DNA from: the human T2T-CHM13v2.0 reference genome, Homo sapiens
Assembly (NCBI RefSeq): GCF_009914755.1
Contig: NC_060937.1
Direction: 5' to 3' (one strand)
DNA length: 64,000 nt
In this document: in pieces, positions 1 through 15,205 of the stretch
Numbering within the stretch: the first letter of the stretch is position 1
How the letters are laid out: each line of letters begins with the position of its first letter
Program-made: the position numbers and the translations under genes
Notes under the pieces: generated by a model
What the model was told of the DNA's origin: nothing
Databases searched by the model: none
Seen by the model: the letters and a program-made list of their open reading frames with translations, nothing else

Positions 1-245
1 CATTTTTTGATGTAAGAAAAGGTGTTCATAGTATTTTACTGTCAAAGGGAGAACTTTTTAATAATACACTGGATTTCTGAATTTTTAAAACCCAGTTTCA
101 AATCCTTTCTTTATGCCTATAGGGAGTTTAGACTTTACTCTTTCCAGCTGTCTCATAATCCACTGGTATTTAGCAAAACATTTGGAAGTAGGTGAAAAGA
201 AGGCTAGACTCAATGATTTCAAAATGAGTGATGACTTCTTTACTT

Positions 246-572
246 CTGCATTCTCTAATACAGTAGCCACTAGCCACATGTGGCTACTGAGCACTTGAAA
301 TATTATTGGTGCGAACTGGGATGCCAAGTATAAAATACACACTGAATTTCCAACATTTAGTATAAAAAAACTAAACTATCTCAATAATAATTGTTTTATA
401 GTGATTATATGTAGAAATAAGTTGCGGATATACTGAATCAACCAAAATATATTATTATAATTAATTTCACCTGTTTCTTTTTACTTTTCCTAATACATGG
501 CTACTGAAAAATTTAAACTTATCTGTGCAGATCCATTTTGTGGCTCATACCATATTCCTGCTAAACTGTGCC
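246..572. mobile_element. MER33 (hAT-Charlie non-autonomous DNA transposon)
   Basis: 'tctaatacagtagccactagccacatgtggctactgagcacttgaaa...aattaatttcacctgtttctttttactttt...tttgtggctc' matches remembered MER33 consensus. Confidence 0.8.
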
Positions 573-584
573 ATCTTACTGAAA

Positions 585-1283
585 GGCATTATCCTCCTAA
601 CTGGCGTGCCTGCCTCCATCTATGGCATCCCTATAGTCTATTCACAACAGAGCAGCTAGAGTAAACCTTACAAAAGCGTAGGTCAGATCACATCACTCCT
701 CCCTCAAAGACCTCCAATGGCTCCCATGTGAGTCAGAATAAGAGCCAAAGTCCTCACAATGGCCCTCCAGGCCTTATACAGCTTGACATCAACATCTCTG
801 CCTTCATTTTCCCCACTTCTGCTCACTCAGGTGACCCTAACTACATAGGCTCCCTCACTGTTCTTTAAACACCCCTTGGTGCTCTCACCCCAGGGCCTTT
901 GCACTAGCTATTCTCTCAGTCTGAAGCATGCTTGCCCCTGTTATCCTCATGGCTGAACCCTTCGACTGCCTTAAGGCTGCTCAAAACCCACATTCCCGAT
1001 GAGGTTTAACTATCCCCTCGCTGCAAGTGGCAACCTGTGAAAATCTGCACAACCCTTACTCTGTGTTGCCTTATCTTTTTCCCTTTTTGATAGCTTTTAT
1101 CATCTTTAAAATCTACCATATAATTTACTTATTAAATTGGTGTCTGCTTTTTATTGTCTGTCTTTCCCCACTAGAATGAAAGCCACAAGAATAGGAATAT
1201 TTGCTGTTTGATTTACTGCTGTAATCCAAGCACCAAGACCACGACCAACACATAGTAAGCACTTGATTAATAACTGTTGAATG
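585..1283 (+). mobile_element. L2 (L2a-like) LINE 3' fragment
   Basis: 'gtcagatcacatcactcct...ctccaatggctccca', 'cagggcctttgcact', ending 'cacatagtaagcacttgattaataactgttgaatg' typical of the L2 3' end. Confidence 0.8.
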
Positions 1284-1577
1284 GACCAGGCTGGCGGGGA
1301 GGGGGTGACATTATTGCATAGTACAAATTCTTAGCACTTCCAAAGGATCCTTGGCAGTAGAGGCAGGAGAATTGTTACACATAGGAGGGAAAAAATAGAA
1401 AAGAGTGGGAAACCAATCAATGGGCAAAACTAAATGATCATTTGTTTCCAATAACATTTTTACCATCACTACAGACAATGACCGTCTTATAGACAAGAAG
1501 TATATCTTTTTCATATACATTTCTCTTGCAGCTTTACCTATGGTAAATTGAACTATTGGCCCCAATTAGTCTGCTTT

Positions 1578-2520
<943 letters not shown>

Positions 2521-3005
2521 TTACAACACTGTCTGCCATTCCTAGCTGGTGCCTGACCTCCTGCACTATTGTATTTGTTATAAGTGTATTTGTTGCACCT
2601 AACTCCTGCCTACCCACCTGACTTTTACTCCTTGCTTTGTGGGCTAATGGAAATATACTGTGACCCCACATCAGCCCGACTGACCCACTTGGCTTTGCAA
2701 CCCCACTCACTTTCACTACTGCCTTCCTGCTACTTAGCCATTTCTGGATCACTACTCTGTCCAGGCTTGACCTTGACTAACCCAGGCTTGACCTCCTGCT
2801 GTGTCTGATTTCCACCAGAGCCCATTACCCACCCCTAAGAGACAGCAGGTCTGTTCAGGGAGGTCAAGAGAAGATGGACTTGAGTAAGAAGAAACACAAT
2901 ATTGGGCAGTAGTGTTAAGAGGAAAGAGAAATCATTTAGAGAAATATTTAAAGTGTGTAGAAAGAACAAACTTCCAATGATTGTCCCGAATGCCAGCTAG
3001 ACATG

Positions 3006-3609
3006 TGTCAGAGGCATTCAAGCCAGAGGGACTCCATCTTGAATTGGGGCTGGGTAAAATAAGGCTGAGACCTACTGGGCTGCATTCCCAAGAGGTTAGG
3101 CATTCTTAGTCACAGAATGAGATAGGAGGTCAGCACGAGATACAGGTCACAAAGACCTTACTGATAAAACAGGATGCAGTAAAGAAGCCAGCCAAAACCA
3201 AGATGGTGACAAAAGTGACCTTTGATCATCCTCACTGCTCATTATATGCGCATTATAATGCACTAGCATGCTAAAAGACACTCCCTTCGGTTCCATGACA
3301 GTTTATAAATGCCATGGCAACATCAGGAAGTTACCGTATATGGTCTAAAAAGGGGAGGAATCCTCAGTTCTGGAAATTGCCCCTTTCCCAGAAAAATATG
3401 TGAATAATCCACCCCTTGTTTAACACATGATCAAGAAAGTTGAGAAACCCATGCCACTGCTCTGCCTATGGAGTAGCCATTCTTTCGTTTATTTTCTTTC
3501 TTAATAAACTTGCTTTCACTTTACTTTATGGACTCACCCAGAATCCTTTTTTACATGAGCTCCAAGAACCCTCTCTTGGGATCTGGATTGGGACCCCTTT
3601 TCAGTAACA
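3006..3609 (+). mobile_element. MER41B solo LTR (ERV1)
   Basis: TG...CA termini ('tgtcagaggc...cagtaaca'), 4-bp TSD catg (3002-3005, 3610-3613), MER41B-type 'cattatatgcgcattataatgc' and tandem GAS region, AATAAA. Confidence 0.9.
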
Positions 3610-4271
3610 CATGTACATTCACTCAGGAAATCCAGATCCAAATGAGTATGGCATTTTTACCCAGTAGGAGGTAGAAATCATCCTCACACTTTGTTTTCTC
3701 AATGTTCTCTTCCCAAAAGCCCTTGTCCGGTACCTTGAGGAATCACCAAATCTGCCCCAAAGCCCATCAGATGCAGGAGCTGATGGACAGAAGAGGTCAT
3801 CCCATGAAATGGAAAACTTCCCCTCCAGAAAAGATGCCCTTCCTCATGACACTGCTGTGGGACTCTACAAAAAGTCCAAGCTCATCTTTAATGCCCCTGC
3901 AGAGCAAATGCTTAGACATTGCTTTGGCATCTACAGCTGAAATCTCCAAGTGTGAAGGTTTTGTAACTGCTTCTTTTGAATTCATTTTGTAAGTGCTGAT
4001 TACTTGGCTCCAAAAAAAAATGCAAAGCTTTTAGAGACCATTATCAAGCCATGAGTGCTGCATCCCCTTTTCTGATGGTTCATTCTTCTCCACCACACTT
4101 TTCGGTGAAGTCCATCTCCTTTATTGGTTCACTGAATCGATTCATATTAAGATAAAAGGTCCATCTTCTGGTTTGTGGCAATGATGCATTTTATCTTGAG
4201 TTCCCTTCTTTATCTCTTTTATAAAATTAATTTGAGGACATTTTCCTCATGAGTTTATCGTAACATGAGAT

Positions 4272-4774
4272 TATTTTTAAAACTTTTTATTGAACTATAG
4301 CATAAACATCCATAAAAAATGCAATCATCAAACCAAAGTGAAGCCTTTGCACAAAGTGAATACACCAATGTATGTAGGACTCAGAACAAGACACCAGACA
4401 TTACCAGAACCCTAAAAGCCCCCTCGAGCACCTGCTGGTCATTAACCCTCCCACCCTCAAAGGTCAACCTATACCCTGACTTCTGACACCATAGATTAGT
4501 TTTACTTGTTCTTGAACTTCACATCAATGAAGTCATAGAGCATGGACACTTTTGAATCTGGCTCCTTCCATTCAAGATTATACAAACTTTATTCATTTGC
4601 ATCATGTAGTTGCAGTCCAATCATTCTTATTGCCGCATAGTATCCCATTGTTTGAAGATAACACACTTGATTATTCTGCTGCTGATAGGTGGACATTAAG
4701 ATTGCCGTCTGCTTGGGGCTATTATAACCAGTACCCCAAGGACGTTCTCCTATTTGTCTTTTGGTGAACGTGTA

Positions 4775-4851
<77 letters not shown>

Positions 4852-4862
4852 CTGTTGGGATT
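4272..4862 (-). mobile_element. Old L1M 3' fragment
   Basis: 'ctgacttctgacaccatagattagttttacttgttcttgaacttcac...tggctccttccattcaa' typical of antisense L1M 3'UTR. Confidence 0.7.
4770..4849. repeat. (TG)n(TA)n compound microsatellite
   Basis: Seen directly. Confidence 0.95.
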
Positions 4863-4885
4863 GTATCTACTAAAACAATGATCTT

Positions 4886-5158
4886 TTTTTTTTTTAATTA
4901 TACTTTAAGTTTTAGGGTACATGTGCACATTGTGCAGGTTAGTTACATATGTATACATGTGCCATGCTGGTGCGCTGCACCCACTAACTCGTCATCTAGC
5001 ATTAGGTATATCTCCCAATGCTATCCCTCCCCCCTCCCCCCTCCCCACCACAGTCCCCAGAGTGTGATATTCCCCTTCCTGTGTCCATGCGATCTCATTG
5101 TTCAATTCCCACCTATGAGTGAGAATATGCGGTGTTTGGTTTTTTGTTCTTGCGATAG
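4886..5158 (-). mobile_element. Young 5'-truncated L1 (L1PA2-type, GAG diagnostic) 3' end
   Basis: Near-consensus L1HS/L1PA2 3'UTR with CpGs retained; minus strand 'ctagatgacGAGttagtggg'; perfect 15-bp TSD taaaacaatgatctt (4871-4885, 5159-5173). Confidence 0.93.
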
Positions 5159-6060
5159 TAAAACAATGATCTTAATTTAGAAGTTCTTCCTGTTTAAAAA
5201 AAAAAAAAACTTCTGAATATTTCTGAAGAGGCTGGTATTTCAAATTCTGAGTTCCAGATCTAGACTTTCAGGAGGAGTTTCTCTATCACCTTCCCTGAAA
5301 AATAAACAGATTTCTGTGGAAGGAAGGGTCCAGATATTGAACGGTATCCAAGTATTAATAGGATAGGAAATGTAGTAGAAAAGAATATTAACACTTAAGT
5401 GATTTGTGCCTCTTATTCTGGGGAGTGTTAAAAGTTTTAATTTTCTTAATATATTTTATTCACTTAAGAAAAAGCATTCTGGCTGTCAGAACACAAAGCC
5501 AGCAATTTTCACCTCAGTCCCTTCCAACTTCAGCCTCCAGAGAGCTAGCTGATTGAAGGTCATATTAAAAGAGCATTAAAAAAGAGATTCTACCAATTGT
5601 CAGTGATCCATCTGCAGCTTTTCCTCACCAGAACACACAAACCAGAGCAAGGACAGTCAAGAAATATGGGAAGCAATGGTAATAGACATAAAAATAGTCT
5701 TTTTTGGAAATGCAAAATGGTACAGCCACTTTGGAAGACAGTTTGGCAGTGTCTTACAAAGCTAAACACACTCTTACCATATCATCCAGTGATCACTCTC
5801 TTGGTATTTACCCAAAGGAGTTAAAAACATATGTCCGCACAAAAACCTGCACATGAACACTTATGCCAGCCTTATTCATAACTGCCAAAACTTGGAAGCA
5901 ACCGAGATGGCCTCCGGTAAGCAAATAGATAAGCAAACTGTGGTACATCTATAAAAGGGAATATTATTCCGAGATAAAAAAGAAATGAGCTATCATCCAC
6001 AATGATATACTACCTCACACCCATTAGGATGGCTACTCTCAAAAAAAAAAGCAGAAAATA

Positions 6061-6363
<303 letters not shown>

Positions 6364-7023
6364 CAGAAAATAATAAGTGTTGGTGATGATGTGGCAAAAT
6401 TGGAATCCTCGTGTACTGTTGGTGCAGCTGCTATGGCAAACGGTGTGGTGGATCCTTAACAAATTAAAAATAAAATTACTACTTCACTCAGCAATTCCAT
6501 TTTTGTTTATATACTCAAAAGAATCGAAAACAAAGAGATATTTACACACTTGTGTTCATGGCACCATTATTCACAATAACAAAAGATGAAAGCAGCTCAA
6601 GTGTGCATCGTTGAATGAATTAGATAAAATATGGTGTATACACACAATGGGATATTATTCAGACTTAAAAAGAAAGGAAATTCTGACACATGCTGCAACC
6701 TGGATGAAACTTGAGGACATTATGCTAAGTGAAATAAGCCAGTCAAACCCCAACAAATATTGTATGATTCTACTTATATGAACTACTAGAGCAGTTGAGT
6801 GAAAGAAAAATCAGAAAGTAAAATGGTGGCTGCACGGGCTGGAGAGAGGGGAAATGGGGAGTTATTTTTTAATAGACGGAGTTTTAGCTTTGCATAAAGA
6901 GTTCTGAAGATGGATGGTGGGGCAGTTGTACATCACTGTGAATGTACTTAACACCACTAAACTCTACGCTTAAAAATGGTGAAGACAGTAAATTTCATGT
7001 TGTCTATATTTCATCACAATTTA

Positions 7024-7350
<327 letters not shown>

Positions 7351-10297
7351 TAGTGTTAAAAAGAATGAACTATCAAGCCAAGAAAAGAGGTAGGAGGAGG
7401 TTACATGCATATTGTTAAGTGAAAAAAGCCAGCCTTCATTACTGTCTGAATCCAGCTATATAAGATTCTGGAAACACAAGACTATAAAGACACTAGAAAG
7501 ATCAGTGGTCACTAGGGGTTCACCAGAAAGCAAGGGAGGGATGACAGGGGATGCACAGGGGACTTCCAGGGCAGTGAAACTATTCCGTATGATACTGTAA
7601 TGGTGGATACGTGATAATATACAGTTGTCAAAACCCATGGAATGTATCACACAAAAAGTTAATCCTAATGTAAACTATGGACTTTGGTTAATAATGTCTA
7701 AATAGTTGTTCACCCATTGTACCAAATGTACACCAAAGCAAGATGTTAAAAATCAGGAGATGGTTGGCTGGGAGAATGAGCATATACGGCAGCTATTTAT
7801 ACTTTGACCCTCTGTCCTCATCAGTGGAATCCTGGAAATGGAGCTCCCAAAACTTCTCCCCTCTCTGGGCAGAGTCATGTCATCATTATTTTACTGGTCA
7901 CCAGTGCCCACCTCTGCCAATCTCTGGCGCCTTTGCCCTGTGATCCTAGCTCCCTCTAAGTCTCCACTTTCTTAGCATGCACTGACCTCGCCTTGATTCT
8001 GGCTAGAGTCTGTCGCTGCCGTGATGGCACCTCTCCACCTCTCTCACCTCTGCTGATGCTAACCTGGCCGCTGACAATGCTCTTGCTGGGCAATGACACT
8101 AACTCTACCTACCAAGTATACAATGATTATAAAGTGACTGAAGGGGGCCATCCTGATCTCCCAATTTCCTGCTTCAGTCTTTTATATATGTTAATTAAGT
8201 TTTAGCTCTCCTACAGCCCCTGCCTCCTTTCCATGTCCAAGGAACGTAACCAAGGTGCTTTTGGGATTGGGAAATAAGCTGTCACCCAAGTGACCCCATA
8301 CAAAATCCCATGCAAAACATCCCTTTGTGCTGCAAGTCAGTCAATGTTCTGTGCCTCTCTCTTACCTCTGATCGCTCCCTGATCACCAAGAACACTATCA
8401 AAAACAGGGAAGCTCTAAAGTCTTAACAATAAGCTCCTGAGCCAGCCACTCGAAGACCTTGAAACTGCTTCTCTGTTGGGATAATTGATTCTGCATGAAA
8501 TAGATTCCTGGTGGATCTGCCCTGGCATTCTAGAGTTTTCTAGAGCTGAGGTTCCCAAATGCTAGGCCATTAGGCCTTGCCTTGCTAGGCAAGGTTCTCA
8601 AAATTCCATGGCAAAATGAGAAAAATAATGTAGTGAGTTTTTTTCACAAAAGCCAAACTTACTAAATTTTAAAAATTGCCGGTTTTGGGAGATTGTATCT
8701 TTCCTTCATTGGGATGGGTGTTGGTTAGAGGTCCATTTTTTAATTGAAATGATGATGACAGAAGTTTGCCTGATAGTAGGTGTTTAAAGCCACCTCCTAA
8801 ACGCATTTGTTGTGAAGGAAAAGAAAAAGCCACCAACACTCTGTTGATCAAAAAAAAATTAGTTTTCCTAATCCATAAAAATCCATGTTGGGATTCATTG
8901 CCCTAAGTGAATATACAGATTACCTCTCTTCCTCCAAGGATCTGAAATATATATAAGAAAAACCTGGATACTCAAAGTCACCACCTAACCTAGAAATTGT
9001 ATCCAACAGAAAGTTTCCACCACCTCCCCTTTGCACCCAGTGTCCTGCTAGAACTGCCAGCCCAGGTGGACTTTTCCATGCTGCTTCTCCCCTTGATCTC
9101 CTTGATGACTAAAATCAGGCAACAGAAGGCAGACGGTGGAGACTCAAATGACTGAATCATCCATCTGCATGTAGATCCTTGAAAACAAGATTTTTCTGCA
9201 GCCCAACCCACAGTTAGATCATGTGCCCAGTTGAGTCTCGTAGTTAATGGAAACAGGTGTCAGGAGCCAAACACAGCAACCTGCAGGCTTTAGCGTGGCT
9301 TTCAGGATCACAAGCTTGTACAGGATTCATTCATCACTTTGGAGCTTAAAGGAGAAGCTTGAACTGAGACCATTTTCCAGGAAGATCATCCCACAGGGCC
9401 TGAGGCAGAATCAACATCACCCCTACCTGGAAAACAGGGGCTCATTTGCTTTGAAAGAACCTCCTGTGGGCCACTACACTAGCAATTTCTTTTTTCAATC
9501 CAAAAAAATAGGATAAATCCATTATTAGTCACTAAGCCAAGATTTACTACAAAAATTGACATCCAGGAAAATGTTGGCTTGTCTAAGTTGAAAGGAAATT
9601 TCTGTATCCACATTTGTTTTCATATTAGTTTCATTATTTCTCTCCAGCCTGGTATAATGATTCATCTGTGAATTGGAATCACTTTCCTGGGATCCTTGAA
9701 AACAGACAGGAGGCTGCTATTAATTGATATAACCATTTTAGAGACAGAGAAATGGAGACAGAATTCAACACCTCAACAAGGCAAGAGACCAGCTGAGGAA
9801 AGATACCCCTATTGCCCATCAGTATAGCACCTTTCCTGCAATCAGACCATATTGTCTCTTAGAATACTGTTCTCAGTTACCATGATCCTTTACCTTCTAA
9901 GATTCTACATGTATTATATAAAGGTCCAGGATAGTTTCATATTTGATCAAATGATGTAACTTCTAGCAGAGGTTTTCAAACTGTGCTTCATAGGGAAGGG
10001 ACCATATTGAGGGGAAGAAAGTGTGGGTATGGGTGGAGGCATTGGAAGAGTTGAAACTTCACCCCTTGTTCAACCAGAGAAAATCCATTTTTAGATTTTT
10101 TCTTACACATTGTGCTTCCATGTAATATTTCAAGAAAAAGTGCATTTTTTTAAAAAAAGTTTGCAAATTACTCATAAATCTGAAACTGTTTTTGCAAACT
10201 ATAAGGCATAATGCAAATATAGGTGTTTCTACTGTATACATACAAGGAGAGTGAAGTCTGCTCATCAGTGGGCACAAGCAGACAGACATTTATGCAT

Positions 10298-10380
10298 GCC
10301 CATTTTACAGATGAGAAAAATGAGGTAAATTCCCACATCTAGCAATATTTGAGAATGACTAATTCCAAAACCTGTGCTTT
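10298..10380 (-). mobile_element. MIR fragment
   Basis: Core 'cccattttacagatgagaaaaatgagg'. Confidence 0.55.
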
Positions 10381-12072
10381 TTCTTCTTTATCAGATTCTC
10401 TAACCTTTTAGCCAATGCATGTGTCTGGCTTCCTCAGAAAATTAAACACCACAATCTTGGTTCTAAAACATCCTCAGAGGCTCAGGAGAAGGCAAGGTTG
10501 AAAAGTTCAGCTTTTACTGCTATTTATGGTATTATCACACCAACTGTCAAATATAAGGTTTAAATTTTTTTTAATTTACTGTTTCTTTTCTGAGATAATA
10601 CATGACCATTTTTAAAAACATATTCCTGATTCTTTCAATGGCAATCAAGTCATTAGGCTCCACTGGCGTTTATTAGCCTTAATGAGAAAGAAACATAGCC
10701 AAAGATTCTAATAAATAAGAGTGTTTTATTCGGTCTGCACTGCATTTTCCTTCTCTTCATTAGCAATAGCCCATATGGATGCACCCATTGCTTGAAAAAT
10801 GATTGTCATCTTTCTCAATAATTCTGATGAGGAGCCCTATTTTTAACTCCCATCTAAAATACATTAAGGGAGCCATCTAGTGTTTCCAAGTCGGCATTTA
10901 GTAGTTATAGAGCACATCCCTCCTCCCTAAATTTGATTTACCATCTGTGTTCATTCTCAGTGTTCCAAAGCATCAACACGCGGTGTATATTTCATTGGGG
11001 GGCGAAAAAAGGTTAAAAATAAGAGCTCCTTAAGCTGCCTTACACCTGATTCTCTGTATTTGAAGGATTCTTAACTCCATGGTTACTATGAGTTTTTTTT
11101 TCTTTCTTTGTTATTAGGTTCAGCAAGGTAACAACATGTAAACAGTTGAGCCATTTGAAATAAACACACTGTATGTTCAGCAGCCTCCCAAACTTAAAAC
11201 CTACATTATATTGACTATTTTTCTGACAGCAAAACAGGGCCAAACTTAGACACAGGCAGTGCAGGTCACAGTCTACTTGATGAAATTTTAGAAGCATCAG
11301 GAAAGGCTCCAAAACATCTTCCACCACCTCCTGCTTTATGCTTTCTAATCTTCTAATAGCTTTACCGAGGTACAGTCGACAGAATAAACTGCCTATATTT
11401 AATAAACTGTACAGTTACATGAGTTTCAGCACATGCACACAACGAGAACATCACCACAATCAAGATAATGAGCATTTCATCACCCTCAGAAGTTTCATCC
11501 TGCCCCTTTGTACTCCATCCCCCCATGCTCCTCCCCCAACCTTCAGGCAACCACTGCTCTACTTTCCATCGAGAGATTAGTTTGCATTCCTAGAATTTTG
11601 TAAAAATGAAATCATATGGTATATACACTTTTTAGTCTGGCTTCTTTCATTCAGCTAAATAAATTATTCCATGTTGTTATATGTCAATATTTTGTTGCTC
11701 TTTATTAATAAGTAGCACTCTAAGGTAGAGATATGCCATGGTTTGTTGATCAATTCACCTTTGGATGGGTATTTGAGTTATTTCCAGTATTTGGCTGTTA
11801 CAAATAAAGCTGGAATAAATGTACAAGCCTGTATAGACACTTACTTTCATTTCTCTTAGGTAAATTCCTAGGGTGTGGAATTACTGAATTGTATAGTTGG
11901 CATTTGCATAACATTTTAAGAAACTGCCTGTCTTCTGGAGTGGTTACATCATTTTACATTCCATCAACAATGTGTGAGAGTTCCAGTGGCTCCAAATCAT
12001 CACCAACACTTGATATTTTTGGTATCTGGATTATAGATATCCTAATGGCTGTATGATGGTATCTCATTGTGA

Positions 12073-12318
12073 TTTTTAATTTATTTTAATACATATTTAT
12101 ACATATTTATGGGGTAACGTGATATTTTGACACATGCATACAATGTTTAATGATCAAATCAGGGTATTTAGGATATCCATCACCTCGAACATTTACTATT
12201 TCCTAATGTTGGGAATATTTTGAAGTTTCTCTTCTAGCTAATGAAATATACAACATATTATTGTTAACTATAGTCATCCTACTACGCTATTGAACACTAG
12301 AACTTATTCCAACTAACT
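12073..12318 (-). mobile_element. L1MA 3' end nested in L1MD
   Basis: 'tacatatttatggggta...aatgatcaaatcagggtatttaggatatccatcacctcgaacattt'. Confidence 0.75.
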
Positions 12319-12615
12319 TATTTTAAAATTAGTTTGTGTATGTGGTATAAGATAGGAGATGTTCATTTTTTTGCATATATGTGTTCAATTGTCCTGTCAC
12401 CATTGGTTGAGAAGATTAAACTTTCTCCTACTGAATTCCCTTTACACCTTTATCAAAAATCAACTGGTCATTGGACTACTTTTGGGTTCTCTATTCTGTT
12501 CCATTAATCTAAATATCTATCTTTATGCAAATATCATATTATCTTCATTTTACAAAAAGTCTGAAAACAGGTAGTATAATCTTCCAACTTTGTTTTCTTT
12601 TTAAAATTGTTTTGG

Positions 12616-12786
12616 GTGGGGTGGGGTAAGAGATAAAAAAAAAAACATATTGGGTACAATGTGCACTATTCAGGTGATGGATGCATTAAAATCTCACACT
12701 TCACCACTATGCAATCCATCCATGTAATCAAAAACCACTTGTACTCAAAAGCTATTAAAATTTTAAAAAATTAAAAATAAAAACAA
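12616..12786 (+). mobile_element. L1PB-like 3' end nested antisense to host L1
   Basis: 'tattgggtacaatgtgcactattcaggtgatgg...cttcaccactatgcaatccatccatgtaa'; 14-bp TSD taaaattgttttgg (12602-12615, 12787-12800). Confidence 0.8.
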
Positions 12787-13281
12787 TAAAATTGTTTTGG
12801 CTATTCCAGGTCCTTTCACTTCCGTATAAATTTTAGAGTCAGCTTGTTAATTTCTATAAGAAAGCCTGCTGAGATTTTGATTGGTATTACATTGACCAAT
12901 TTGGGTAGATATTAAGCCTTTTGATCCATGAACATAGTGTATCTCCCCACTTATTTAGGGTTTGTGTTGGTTTGTTTTTACATCAGCAACGTTTTATAGT
13001 TCTTAGTGCATAGTTCTTGCATCTATTTTGTCAAATTTATCCCTAAGTATTTTATATTTTGTTATTATAAATGGTATTTTTCATTTTTAATTATTGCTAC
13101 TATATAGAATTATTATTTCTGTGTATTGATTTTGTGTCCTACCAACTTACTAAACTCACTTTACAGTTCTAGTAGCTATGTGGTAGATTTTTATGAGATC
13201 TTCTAAATAAACAATCATGTGGTTGGAAAATAAATATGGTTTTATATCTTCCCTTTCAATCTGTATGACTTTTTTTTCTTG

Positions 13282-13613
<332 letters not shown>

Positions 13614-14167
13614 CTAGCTAAAACTCCAGTACAATGTTCAGTAAAGATGATGAGAAAGGACATCCTTGTTTTGTTCCTGATCTTAGGGGGACAGCATTCA
13701 CTCTTTAACCATTAAGTATACAATTAGCTGTAGGTTACTATATAATTGTTCTTTATTATATATACTCTATTTTTTAAAGCAGTTTTAGTTCCTAGCAAAC
13801 TTGAGAATAAGGTACAGAGATTTATTCTACTTTTCTTTATTCTGTCAATATAGAAAATTGATTTTCAAATGTTAAACCGACTTTGAACTCCTGGGACAAA
13901 CCCCAGTTGGTCATGATGAATTATCCCTTTATATATTGGTGGATTTGACTTTCTAAAAGATTTTTCAAAATTTTCCTATCTAAATTTATGAGAAATGTTG
14001 ATCTGTAGTATTAATTTCTTATAATGGTTTTGGTTTAGGTTTCAGCATAATTCTGTACCCAAAGAAAGAATCAAAGAATTTCTTCCTCTTTTGTTTTTCT
14101 ATACAAGTTTGTTTGCATGAATTTTTCTTTAAATATTTGGTAGAAATCATCAGCAAAACCACAGAAC

Positions 14168-14290
14168 TTTTTAATTTTATATTTTAATTTTTGTGGATAC
14201 ATAGTAGGTGTATATATTTATGGGGTACACAAGATGTTTTGATACAGGCATGCAATGTATAATAATCACATCACGTAAAATGGGGTATCC
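14168..14290 (-). mobile_element. L1MA1/2-like 3' end fragment
   Basis: 'tttttgtggatacatagtaggtgtatatatttatggggtacacaagatgttttgatacaggcatgcaatg'. Confidence 0.75.
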
Positions 14291-14385
14291 AGTAATAGAT
14301 GTGATTGGCTTATTTTGTTATTTCCTGAGTGAGATCTGGTGGTTGTTGCTTTTCAAAGAATTTGTCTTTTCCATATAATTTGTCA

Positions 14386-14648
<263 letters not shown>

Positions 14649-14908
14649 TTAATTCCCTTCTCCTATTGCTGATAGTGATAATTTGGGTCTTTTCCTTTTT
14701 TTTTCTGATCATTCTGACTAGAAGTTTGTTTATTTATCTCAGAGAACTAGTTTTGGTTTTATTCATTTTCATCATTTTATTTTATTGCATTTATTTTTGC
14801 TCTTATTTTTATTATTTCCTTTCTTCTGGTCACTTTGCATTAGTTTGCCCTACTTTTTTTAGTTTTTTAATGTGGAAGCTTAGAATATTGATTTTATATT
14901 TATCTACC

Positions 14909-15205
<297 letters not shown>

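Noticed and set aside
9965-10175. Possible hAT TIR-like ends (also ~8545-8900 and 46333-46470) and an LTR-like stretch at ~60990-61500
   Set aside because: Too diverged to assign by eye
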